The translations under genes were made by a program, and so were the position numbers. The notes below the pieces were generated by a model that worked only from the letters and a program-made list of their open reading frames with translations, was not told where the DNA came from and did not search any database. 64,000 nt of DNA. Origin: Marsupella aquatica (lineage: Eukaryota; Plantae; Marchantiophyta). Shown piece by piece: positions 50,501 through 62,045 of the stretch; position 1 is the first letter of the stretch, and each line of letters begins with the position of its first letter. Where the stretch lies: positions 16,185,137-16,249,136 of the forward strand of contig OZ316891.1 in assembly GCA_973895155.1 (NCBI GenBank), written 5' to 3'.

Positions 50501-51657
50501 CTTTCATCATGACCGCATGTCGTTTGGATGTCTCTTCCTGAGACCAAGGATTTCCCTGAGCGGTAGCCGACTCCATGTCCATCTTGAATTGTCGAGAATA
50601 GGATTTAATCTTATTCTCGCATAAGATATACAGAAGTGCTTCTTGAGGCATTTTCTTGGAATACCACGATCCTTTGGAGTCTTCTGCATCACCTGCCCAA
50701 ACTTCTTGAAGTTTGCCCCATCGATGATTGATTTGTAGTATTCTAGATCGTTGGACAAAATCCTCTTAATTCGGTCTGCATCAAGTATCCAAGAAGGTTC
50801 CACCACGGCCTGTCCAAGTCTACAAAAGAATTTGTCAGTCAATAGCGCCAGGCGCTAGTAAAAACTACACTATAAAAGATAAGGATAAGTGAAATTCAAC
50901 AAGAGACTTACTGGTTCACAGTATGCATAGCCGCCTCAATCTCAATCAAAGATCCCTTTTCACCCTTGAAGATAGTACATTGCACACGCGGGTGATACTT
51001 GATATCTTCCGGATTTTCTTTCGTAATGATCGACCATGCGTAAAGTCGATGGTTACCATCAAAAACATAAAACATCTTATCTTGTAACACCATGAAGTCT
51101 GGATCGGCCGCACATTCAGCTTCAAACTTCTCGTTCTCGGCCACCAACATCGGGTCCCAGGAAGCTCGAATTTCTGGAGTACACGTCTGGACATTCCCAT
51201 TCGAATCTGTCGGCTGGACATAGAACAACATTCCGATTTTTGAGTTGTATCCTGTGCTACGAAAAGAGTCCTTCAACTTTTCAATTGAAGGACTTCCCTT
51301 CTGTAAGGTGCGGACAACTTCCATGTGAACCAAGCGGCACATTGGAATCCTTGGGGGGTCTTTGTCGTGCCCTCGAAAATCTTTGCCAAACACCATAACG
51401 TGCTTGGAGATAACGTCGAACATCGTCAGCGACATTTCTCCTCAATCTTCCACAGCGTATGTGTCGAGATCGTCCATCTTCGCTCTCCTGCTCTTCGAAA
51501 ATGTGACTACAGAGACTGTTTCGGGAGCTTGGGATGTTGTAGTCACTCGACGACTGTAAACAGATCCAGAAAACGAGCACTCGGATGTCTGCGAATGGAT
51601 CTGCTCTCTCTGCCCGTTAGCACTATACCCATGCGAGGTAGTGGGGAGAAGGTCCAT
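47541..51657 (-). pseudogene. Spliced ParB/Srx-like plus N4/N6 DNA methyltransferase-like fusion gene, copy 2 (5 exons, ~1,200 aa; two frameshifts)
   Basis: Exons 51657-50912, 50819-49487, 49329-48626, 48535-47970 and 47850-47541 (all GT-AG). Motifs FYVFDGNHR and VIDWTVGSGSTFIAGDYSGRFVIGLE. Frameshifts near 51440 and 50670. Confidence 0.82.
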
Positions 51658-52617
51658 GTTTCTCAGACACGAAGTGCTTCACGATCGTGATGAGTACCTC
51701 ATTCGTACCGTACTTCTTCTAGAGAATTCTTGCACGAAGAACCTCCGAAACGGAACCTAAATACAGCGGACAAGGGAGGGGGGGAGAGTATCATCTCTAA
51801 ACTATCCCCTTGCTACATTGATATCTATCTCTTGAGCGCCACTTGTCAATTCTGGATTAGTTGTTCGAATACCATTGGCATATCTTCGACGTTACGCGAC
51901 CTAACGTTACCGTTGAATATGACCGTTAAAGAACAGTTTGTTGAATTTAATATATATTCCTAGTTCAAATCTGATATTGGTCAATAGTAGCGCCAGGCGC
52001 TACTCAAAATCATCAGAATTTAAACCATAAAATTTCCCAAAGTTAGGTCAACATTCACCCTCAAGTATACAATAAAAAGCCAAATGAATACAATTTTTGA
52101 ATATTTTTCCATAAATGAATGTCATGATTACAGTTTTGGATTAGCGCCCGGCGCTAATATTAAATGGGCACATTTTGGTAATATTTTAGATAATATTAAA
52201 AAAATTAGCTACAAACATTTAGTATTTATTCTGAAACCCCGGATAAAACATTCCAGTTTTATACCATAATTTACGGTGTGTGTTTGAGTAGCGCCTGGCG
52301 CTACTCATATATTTCACCATTTTGGGTCCATGTTGAAGGTAGGATGTTTGAGTAGCGTCGGGCGCTACTCAATTAACATGATTTAATTAACATGATTATG
52401 CTCTTTGGAAACGGACATCTTAGGCTCATTAGTGTAAATGTTGTTGACATAACGACAAAAAACATTTATTGTGTCAGATGTGCTTTCGATCGGTAGTGTT
52501 TCTGTCGTATTATAACGGCTCTGACAAACGGATTATTCACTATGAATACCATTGTGTACATTCGAAGACGTCATTCATTATCGTGAACTGAGTGTTTTTG
52601 GGTTGGATGATCTTAAA

Positions 52618-55600
52618 ATGTCGAGGTCAATCGTTCTGACGCGTCCGTCTACCGGTGACCTTGTATCCATTCCATTGTCGGCCAATGACGTATACAAGCA
52701 AGTTAGTGAAAATTATCTCTGTGGGCGCTTTGGTTTGGATTTGAACGACATTGAGGACATTTTGGAGGAGGGAAATGGAGATGAAGCGTCTAATTTCACT
52801 TCTTCTTTTGATGTTGATGACGGGATTCGTTTTTGGCACCTGAATGCAGGAATTTGGTATTCTATTGTCATTCAAAAACCAGTCGCATCCGATCTCCCAT
52901 CTTCATCCAAACCCTTTGTTGATGTTGTCCTGCTTTCAGATAGCGATGATGATGGACCTGCTTTGCCTGAGCGTAGTGCTAAATCCCCTCACACCGTTGT
53001 TAAACAGGAGGTTACCCCTGTTAAACAAGAGGTTACAGCAGTTTTTACCAAAAATTCCATTGTGTATCGGAGAAGTGCAATGGATACCATTCTCAAGTCA
53101 ATTGGTTCCAGTGAAATCTCGAGGTTCATCGCGGCTGGGGACTTCTTCCATGAACAAGTTGACTGTTTGCCAAAGAAATACAATGGAAATATTGTATTCG
53201 AGTTGCCTCCTGCGACGACAGCTCTTTCGAAGGGGTCACGTCTACGCGACATGGACCAGTCAAAGGATTGCTACATGTGGACCAGAATATTTCCTACATC
53301 AGCTAATGTTCATCCCAAGAAATATTGGGAATTTGGTAAAGTAACGTGCACTGGTTCCATTGAGTGTAGGAATAATACGTGCGACTATTTTCAGCGAAAG
53401 AAAAGGAGGAACCAGAAGGCCTGGGGTGGAACCCCCAAACTTGGCGGGCAACATCGTGTTGGCTCCTTCATTGACGAAGGTGGAGTTGTTTGCCAATTTT
53501 GTGATCAAGTTCCGTTTTGTGTCCAATCCTGTCCAGCAAGGTTATTTTACATGTACCCCCAGGTTCTAGTTGACTCAGAAACCTGTACTCACATGTCCGG
53601 CTTGGCAATTCATATGGGGATCCACAACCATCCTTCAAGAAAGGTGTTTTCTCGGAGCGCAGAGAAGATTGTTGAGGAGGTTATCAAAAAGAAATTGGAA
53701 GGAAATCCAATTTTCACCCCTGCTGGTGTAAAAAATGTGGCGATAGGGTCCTTTGTAAAGTCCTTGTGTGAAAGTATGGAAGATATTCAAGATATTGAAG
53801 AAACAGAGATATTTGAGTCTCTCATGGTAGTTTCCACACCCCAGAAGTTTGCGTCCCTCTTTCGTAGTGTTAGACAGGACCAGAAAGGTCGAGGTGAACT
53901 AGATTTTCTTGTTCGGTATCAAAGAAATATCAACATGCCTTTCCTCCAAAGGTACCTCCTACCAGGTCAAGGATCTCAAGAAGACCGTCCTCACATATTC
54001 AAGATGACTTCGATCGGCCATGGATCAGGCGTCGATCTTTTGAGACAAATGCAACCTGGTGGAAGTCTCGAAGGTGCTTGGGTAAGTTTTGATGTGATGA
54101 AACGGCTTACAAAAGACTAGGTTACTTTTAGTGCGCATATTTATGATCACAACTATCGCGCTCTGTGTACCTTATTCACCTGCGAACTAAAAGCAGAGGA
54201 TACAGAGTCGTTTGAGAAGGCTTGGAGACTAATGATTGAGGTGTCCAAAGAGAATGGATTAGAAAATCCAATTATTCATGGATTCATGGCGGACAATGCT
54301 CAAGCTGGTTGGCTGGCAGTCCGAAATGTCTTTTTTGGAGGGCATCCAAACCCTGAGCGTGAGCGAACTGACGCATTCCATTTCTACCAAGCCTTCCATC
54401 GCCATTCGATTGAAGGAGTGATTGAAGATAGTCAAGCAGAGCATCGTAGGCTTTGGGATAAGATGCGAAATGCCCCCACGTTTGTAGAGGCTTACAGAAT
54501 TTCAAGGGAGATTGATTTGTGGTGGCAGTCGGGTAACTGTGTCCCCGGGAAGCTCCGGATGCTCCAGAGTTGGATTTCATGGTGGGTCGTCAGGTGGAGA
54601 CAATGGGGAAATTTTATTCGTTTGGTAAGTTAGTTTACTTTGCTTTCCGCTCTTTAGGTATTGCAGTGCTATATTCTCATTTCAAAATGTTTGTATCCAT
54701 ATTCAAATATTACAATACCATAGCATCCTTTAATACTAGCGCCTGGCGCTATCATTTATTCAAACTGTCATATGACACAATAGGACAAAATAAGTTGTCC
54801 CTTAATGTACAGTGCCAGTTTTGACTTCTAGGGACAGAGTCCACTTCACTAGCGCCCGACGCTAGTGTTTTCTTGTTCTGTAACAGACACTTTATTCTAT
54901 GTGATTGCAGAACAAGAGTGTCAAAGAAGGGGCTAAGATTCCTAATTGTACAGGATCAGAGTCCGTGCACGCAGGTATGAAAGCATGGGTAATGAAGAAA
55001 AAGGTTGGGCTCTTTGAGGCATGTGAAATGGACCAAAATCGAGCTATTTCTCAGGTTGCTGCTTACACTGCGTATCGAAAAGGGTTGCATAGAGGAAAAG
55101 GTCCCACAATTTGGGAACTCGCTTTCTGATCAGCGGACCAAGCAGGCTCCCCCAAGTTGTATGAAGACGCAATGAATATGCTACTGTCCTACGCTGCCGA
55201 GTTTGACTTGGAGAGACGTGCACCTCTCAATGGAGACGTTGTCACCAAGTCTTTGAAGAGGAAAGGACATGCATCTGGGAATATCTCGCCACAAGACTCC
55301 CATAGGCATGATAAAATCCTTGTCACCTCGCCCAATACTAGATCGATGAAAAGGAAGAATCTTAATTGCACGGCGTTTGATGCTATCCCTGGCCCCACGC
55401 CTCAAGTTGATCCTGTTGTTAATCTGTCTGGAAGTGACATATTGTGCGGTGGAGAAGATGTCGATTTCAATACCCCTCCTGCTCGAGACCGAACGCGTTC
55501 AACGAGGCTTCCCCAGACTGCTCCCTCCGTGCTTCAGCAACCGTTACAAGAGTGTCCTGTCCGTGAGACGGAGGTTGCTCTAGCTACATGGCAATTATGT

Positions 55601-56437
55601 CGAACTTCAAAATTTGGCGCTGGTCCTCAGTGCAACGGATCATTTTCCCGTAATTCTGAAAGAGATGAGTGTTGCAATCGCGTGAAAAAAGTTGGATTTC
55701 CCTCACCACATGGTGTTATCGGAATTGTTGTCAAAGGTCAATGGATTTTCAGGGGGGAACCCATAACCGAAATGATTTGGTTTTGCCCAAACAATACATG
55801 TTACAGAAGCCGCCCGCGTCGAGGTGTCTTGAATTTGCCCCCTTTCCCTGATGTTCTTCCCGTTTTGAAAGGGACAAATGTTTCGGAGGACGAGCTGCAA
55901 TATCTTCTTGACAACGGAATCTCCCTAGTGCACGGAAATGAACTTACAACTAGACCCCCGTCAGATTTTGATCTTCGAATCAATGTCAATATCTTTCCAG
56001 AACATGTGAATCTTCTCGAACCCAATGTTCGTCTCCGAAGCCGGAATGGGAGGAATACGGTTCCTCGGTCAAATCTTACCCAGGGTCACATGAACAGAAT
56101 TGCGTCTGCAAAAAAACAGACGATGTACATTCAGGGAGAGTGGGATGTTGCGATTGGGAATGCATGGGGAAAACAGTTTAAGGTGCAAACGCACGAAAAT
56201 ATGCGGACGCCAAATTGTTACTTTGTTCAAATTTGCATTTTCCCCACTTGCTCGTGTGAGGATTTCTACCGGCGACATTCCCGGAAACATTCATATATGC
56301 CTTGCAAACATTTGTATTGGATTTTCCTTACCGTTTTCAAACTAGACGTTGAGGAATCTACATTGACCAGCCAACCAATTCTCACTGTTGGAGAGGTTCG
56401 GCTCATATTAGAGAGGCAAAATGCTCATCGTTTATAG
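52618..56437 (+). pseudogene. Mutator/IS256-type DDE transposase (~1,180 aa) with an N-terminal Cys/His zinc domain and a C-terminal SWIM finger; two nonsense mutations
   Basis: Exons 52618-54624 and 54911-56437. Motifs SFDV..., FMADNAQA, DAFH, SESVH and CSCEDF...PCKH. In-frame TAG at 54118 and TGA at 55127. Confidence 0.85.
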
Positions 56438-57653
56438 CATGAATCATGATGATGTAGGTTGTATTATTGGTCCAAACGGTTATATTGATTTTGTCGTATG
56501 TCAATGGTATAGTGTTATTGATGTCGCGTCATGTTTTGTTAGCGCCAGGCGCTGGTAAATTTTTCGTCTGGGCTACACCGTTAAATGTCATTGTGTTGTG
56601 ATTTATGTTCTCAACGCCAACTATTTGTTTCCTTGAATAACAATAAGATAGCGCTAGGCGCTAGTCAATCCGTTGTTCACTTTTATTTTGGACCACATAA
56701 TGACATAAAGTTTTGGGTTGCGTTGATTTTGTATTATTTTCATATATTTTGTTGCCGATTGTGGTGGGACCTACCATTTTGTGCGCATTTCTTGACATTT
56801 TTATGTATGCTCCCCCTTGTTTGTGTTGGGATATAAGGTTCAATTATTATGTGGTTCAGCAATTCATTACAAGGTATCCTCCCTCACCGCAATGGACTAA
56901 CTCCAACTTCAACTGCTGATTGTGTGTTCTTTCCCTTGGTACAAGATGTTTTTTCCTGGTAACAGCATAAGGCAAACAGGAAAAGTATTTCCTGTTTTCC
57001 TGTTTGCTGTCTCCGTCGCTATACCCCTCCTTGCTTCCAAATGTCTTTGCCCAAGTCTATCGTTGCACACTATAACGACTTATTGATGTTGTGAAGTAAA
57101 TTTGTGTGCAGGTCTCTGAATCTGCCACCAGATTCCATATCCACCAGATTCCTTGGTCATCCACCTACATCAGGCAAGCAATGACCAAAACTTGGCGAGG
57201 TATGGTGATCACCCGTTCTATGAGGAGAGCAGAGGACACTCTAACCAGACGTGTACGTAGACTGTACAAGTTGATGGTTCGGGATGAAGTCCTCCCTAGA
57301 GGTCTAGGGGTCCTGTGCTACTACTGAGACATTGCCCCTGTCAGACATAGCAATCTGCCTCGAGCACTCCGACGCGTCCCAAGACCTAAACGTCTGCCCA
57401 TATACCTTCAATTTTGTGTGAAGACCGATGGAGTGCCTGACGCCTCCAAGGCTCAGCTTAATGCCTGTATTCATGAATTGACTGCAGAGTGCACTATCTG
57501 TTCCCAAGACCCGGCACTTGATGAGAATGCAAAGTTGAATCAGCTTGGTCGGATGGCCCGTTTCTGTTGTGTGGTTTATAATACACATCCTTGGGTGAAT
57601 CTGTCCATACCTTAGGATGGCCCCAATTTTCACGGTACGGTAGTTTAGGTTAC

Positions 57654-60600
57654 TGTGACACGGGTAATGTGTCACTTAACCAAACCCAGGTCATAGATTA
57701 GGTCTTATAGGGTCGTTAGGACCGTAGCCGTAGCGTAGAATAGCACGTACAGTCGTCTGTTTGCCATTATGAATAGATTAGGAGTAGGTTAAGTCGACCA
57801 AATGATTACAAATTTAGGAGGAGGATTATTACACACGACCGAGGTACGGTGGCGGCGACGGAGTAAAAATCCGTTAGAAGAATCATGCTTGGACCGAGGC
57901 ACCGACTTCAGCTCATTATCAACGACCAAAACGGCCTGGCCTTCTCACGCCCTCTCATATGGTCGTTGATAAGAGAGGAGCCGATGGCACTACGGGCCAT
58001 TTGCTCATTTCTACCTTTTGGAATTCGCGGACGCTGCCATTCACTCGCCTTTTTGCTCGAATCAAGCTGACCTTTACAAGGAGATTATTGAGGGATAAGA
58101 GCGGAATGTGGCGAGATTTAGTCAGGACGAGCAAGGCCTCCACAAGCACGAGGACCAGTCGGGTGGGAACGCGGACTTAACGAACCGGACTACAAGGTTA
58201 GTATGACCCTTACAGCCTTGGGATTTTGGACCTTGTTTGGCAAGGTAGGTGCTAAGTTCTCCGAGACTTACTGGTACTCTTGTCCCGAGAAAGCCACTTA
58301 CAAACAAAGATACGCAAAGCTAGTGGCCAAGGTAGCACTGGTTAATTGTGAGAAGATAGCCATCACCAGGGATTCTAGCTACAATGAGCTGCGAGACTAC
58401 ATCACCGAGCTATATCTCAACGAGGAAGGGCTTAGATCGGTAGCAGAGGCGATTCTTGAGGTCCCAGCAAAGTTCTTTAGGTTGAAGGGCAGCCAACGGC
58501 TTACTCAAGCGGAGTTTGACAAGATTCCGGGGTACCTAGACGAGCAGATCGCAGCCGAAAAGCGCCAGGAAGACATCAGCAGACAACGGGAAGCGGTGCA
58601 TAATCTTACTTTCCTCGGGGAAAATTCCAACGCCTTTGATTGGGATATGGCCACCCCAACACCACCAGCACCTCAGCACTTCAAACCCGAGGGTAAGACG
58701 GACAACAGATACAAGCAGGGGTCGTGCACCAACTTAATTTGCATGGAGCGGCTTAACTTCATACGGACTACCCTACACATGATTGAGCCACGATCCCAGA
58801 TCTCCCTCTGCACGATCGTGCAGGTGGAACAATACAAACAGCGGAATTGGACCCAATTCTTTTACTAAAGATTCTCGGGGGAGCTGAAGCGGGCTCAGGG
58901 TGGTATGGCTATTGGGGGGAAGACTTACTTGGGAAGTCATATCGCCATCATCCTCGCCTGGTACAAGGCACGGCAGGAGGCCAGAGGAAAGAATATGGCC
59001 ACCTCAGCCCCGACTAATGTCACCCCCGCCCCAGAGGAGGCAACCCCGAGCACGCGGACTACCGCTCCTCGGCAAAACCCCGAGCCGGAAGCCCCGACTA
59101 ATACTCCGTTACCTCCTCCTGTTGAAATTCTGCCGCCCCCTTCCGTCGAGCCTCCGCTACCCGCGGTACGACCACCCCCAATCCCCCCACCACCTGAAGA
59201 AACCTTCCCCTCCCCAGCGAAGACTACGGAGGAGATCGTTGCCCCGCCCGAGGAATCACCGGTACTCGAGAGGATGGAGGACTACCAAATAGCCCCGGGG
59301 ACCATGGCCTACGACCTGGTCCAGAAGTTTAGCCAGACTATGTCTGGGGAGCTGGCGACGTACATCGGACAACAAGTCGCGGTGTACTTTCAACCAACCT
59401 TCTTCATGTTAGAGCACCAACCACGGATTGTAAGCCGCTTGGAAGAAGAACTCATGGCAAAGGGGAATGAGATCGAGCGCCTCCAAATGCTGGTAGAGCA
59501 CCTCGAGGAGGAGGCCACTACCCGCCGCGAGGAGTTAGTCCGCACCGTCGAACAGAGGGACGGACTAACACAGGAGTTGAGCGGAGCGCAAGCAGATCTC
59601 AAGAAGCTGGATGACACCATGCTTCAATTATGCTCAGAATCTTCGGCTCGGGTTACCAGCCTGACCGACCTCAACAAACAGTTCCTGCAGGCAGCTCAAC
59701 AGGTAGCTAGTCTCTCCGCCAAATGGGATAAATTGCTGGCGCAGGACCAGACCCATCGCGACTCCATTAACCAGCTCAACCTGGAGGTAGCGCAGCTCCA
59801 GACAGAGGCCGATGAAGCTGCAAACGAGGCGGAGGAGGTGGTGCGGGACAACAAGGCCTTGCTGGATCACGTTGCCCTGCTTGTCCTCCGGCGGGGAAAA
59901 CCTAGGCCCACCTCTGATCAAGGTGGCTCGAGGTCTCACCCCGATAGGGGGACAAACCCTGGTCCGACCACAACACACACGTAAGGGGTGGTTAGCGAAG
60001 GGTGGAAGCAGGCGTCGCGCGAGGCATTTGAGTCAACGACATCTTTTGGTTAAGCGTAATGACAGAATAGCTGTCATTAGGCGCCGATTAGCGGCAGTAG
60101 GAAGAATTAGGACCAAATCAGTTAGGAGCAACCAGCGTAGGATGGAGTCCATCAACGGACTAGATTTTGTCAATAGGCTTAGCTGCTGCCATTCCGGTTA
60201 GCACTCTTGTCGTCAACGGTCAACCAGTCAGTACGGCACGGCCAGTTAGTCAGAGGGTAGTTAGTCAGTAGGTATTGCCTCGGAAGGTAGTATCCTCCGG
60301 TTCCCTTCCGCAAACGTAGTATTTAGGCTTCCTCTTCCGCTATGGAAGGGGGAGAAGGCTTAGTTATCTCGGCAGAAGAAAAGGCGAGACATGGGGAGTC
60401 CGGCCTGAGTAGGGTCAGAGCGCACCAAGGAGTGAGAGCCAGAGTCGAGCTTGCTAGGCAAGTGCAAGGCGGGGCCTCGTAGAGACTGGGCATCGACTGT
60501 CGTTGGGCCTACTGGACCCCTTAGAAGTTGAGTAAACCATGTAAACTGATGCTTCGCTGAGTAAATGTAGTCTTTTCCCTCTAATGTTTCCGCGAGTAAA

Positions 60601-60967
60601 TGGTGTTGTGTGTATGCTTTGTTTGGGCAAAGGCGCCATTTCAAAGGACGTACCGGGTGCGGACTAATGGTAGGGATTGCCACCCATTGCATGTCACAAG
60701 GTTCTATCGCATCGATGGCTTGAAAGCCCCAAGCCGGGAGTTAGTCCGAGTCACTAACTAAGGGAAAATTCCAGCGGTGGAAAATAAATATACCTATGAC
60801 TAGTACGAATTGCGTAAGCGTTATACCAATAAGTTTATCGACTTAGCCTGACTTAGGGCTAAACGGGGCCACTACACACCTCCTTGCCCGAACCCTCACC
60901 CCTACTGGTGGTCGAGGTTGCGCCATGGAACTAAACTGGATTTAAGGCCCAGGTTAGGGACACGGCA
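57654..60967 (+). mobile_element. Family C solo LTR, copy 2 (3.3 kb, protein-coding)
   Basis: TGTGACAC...CACGGCA ends; TSD GTTAC (57649-57653 and 60968-60972); no gag or pol. Confidence 0.85.
58203..59984 (+). pseudogene. Family C LTR-encoded accessory protein (domain fragment, Pro-rich linker, coiled coil)
   Basis: ORFs 58203-58868 and 58905-59984 are in one frame, split by a TAA; there is an internal deletion relative to copy 1. Confidence 0.7.
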
Positions 60968-62045
60968 GTTACATTGTGCCCTGAATTGTGTGTTGGCTTG
61001 TGCACAGGGAGGGGATGTTCCTCTTGTGTACCACAGTGAAAACTAGATCAGGTTTTTGCACTTTGCTCCTGTGGAGCTATTTTGTACAAGGAATGTTGAA
61101 TGTATCAATTTTGAAGGCAATGAGCCAACAGAGGAAAATTGGTCTGAGTTCCTTTAATTTGAGGAACCATGATGATATTTCCTCCATTTTGAAGAAATGG
61201 AGGAAATACTCCATTTGTTCAAAAGAAATTGAAGGCCTGCCAGAATATTGCTATCATTCAATATGGAAATGTATGGTTTACAACTCACTTTGGATTTGTC
61301 CCGGGTGTTGTACTCCAGGTTTTATTTCAAGCAAGGCGCATTCACCAAATAGGTCGTGTATAATTGACCTCAGGGCCCCTGGTTCTGTCCTATTCCATCA
61401 ACAAGGTACATTGTCATTCGAGTTACCTCATCTCAATTTCCTTTGCTTTTCTGGATTTTTTGTCCAGTCTAACAACAGGGATTGTGTGTTGCTAAGGTAA
61501 GTAACACAGGGCTGGTTGTTACATGTCCATTCTCCATTCCTTTAGAGCTCTTGCATGCGTTGTTGTGCAGGAATGCTTGACTTCAAGGAGACCCTAGGGA
61601 AGTGATGCCCTTGGTGGAGACTGCTGGAATTGGTCCCCAGCAGTCTAGCGCTCCTTGAAGGAGAGGCAGGTTGCCTGGGAGGGGGGGGGGGCCTTGGAGT
61701 TGGCAGCCAAGTGCAATCCAATTTAGAGCCTGGTCATAGGGTTGGGTGGTCCGGGAGACAATTCCAATAAAATATTGAGTCATCAGCTGAGCGAGTCAGT
61801 AAGGAAATTTTGACTTGGCCATCTGTGTTTGAGTGGAGGGAATTGGAGTGGTGGGCCTGGCCCCGACTGCACATGGCTGAAGCACAAGTCCTGCATGTGC
61901 AGATCCCAATCTCTCTTGTGCTTACGCTGACACTGGAGTCCTTGCTAGCAAAGGGTTCGTCCCTTCCCACCCAAAATTACTCGGAGAAAGCTGCAATGGA
62001 TCTTTCAAGCCAATGACCAGGAGAAATGGTCGGGATGGGGCAAGG

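Larger units (their letters stand above)
46602..56663. repeat. Dispersed palindrome TAGCGCCNGGCGCTA (about 16 copies) in MULE copy 2
   Basis: Copies start at 46602, 46654, 46990, 47340, 47463, 49364, 49435, 50843, 51988, 52142, 52289, 52353, 54737, 54850, 56540 and 56649 (some degenerate). None lies in an inferred exon. Confidence 0.9.
46445..57026. mobile_element. Near-complete Mutator-like element (copy 2), 10.6 kb: transposase plus divergent ParB-MTase-like gene
   Basis: 8-bp TSD CTCCTTGC (46437-46444 and 57027-57034); ends GAGGTGTTTACAAA... and ...CGCTATACCC with AACAG-rich subterminal motifs. Confidence 0.9.

Noticed and set aside
52618-56437. Zisupton/KDZ or hAT transposase (8-bp TSD, SWIM)
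   Set aside because: Core motifs (FD, MAD...A...AV..VF, xxFH, ES.H, then SWIM) follow the Mutator/IS256 pattern; no hAT dimerisation or KDZ signature seen.
60973-62045. 170-aa ORF or minus-strand RT remnant
   Set aside because: No convincing motif; probably old TE debris.
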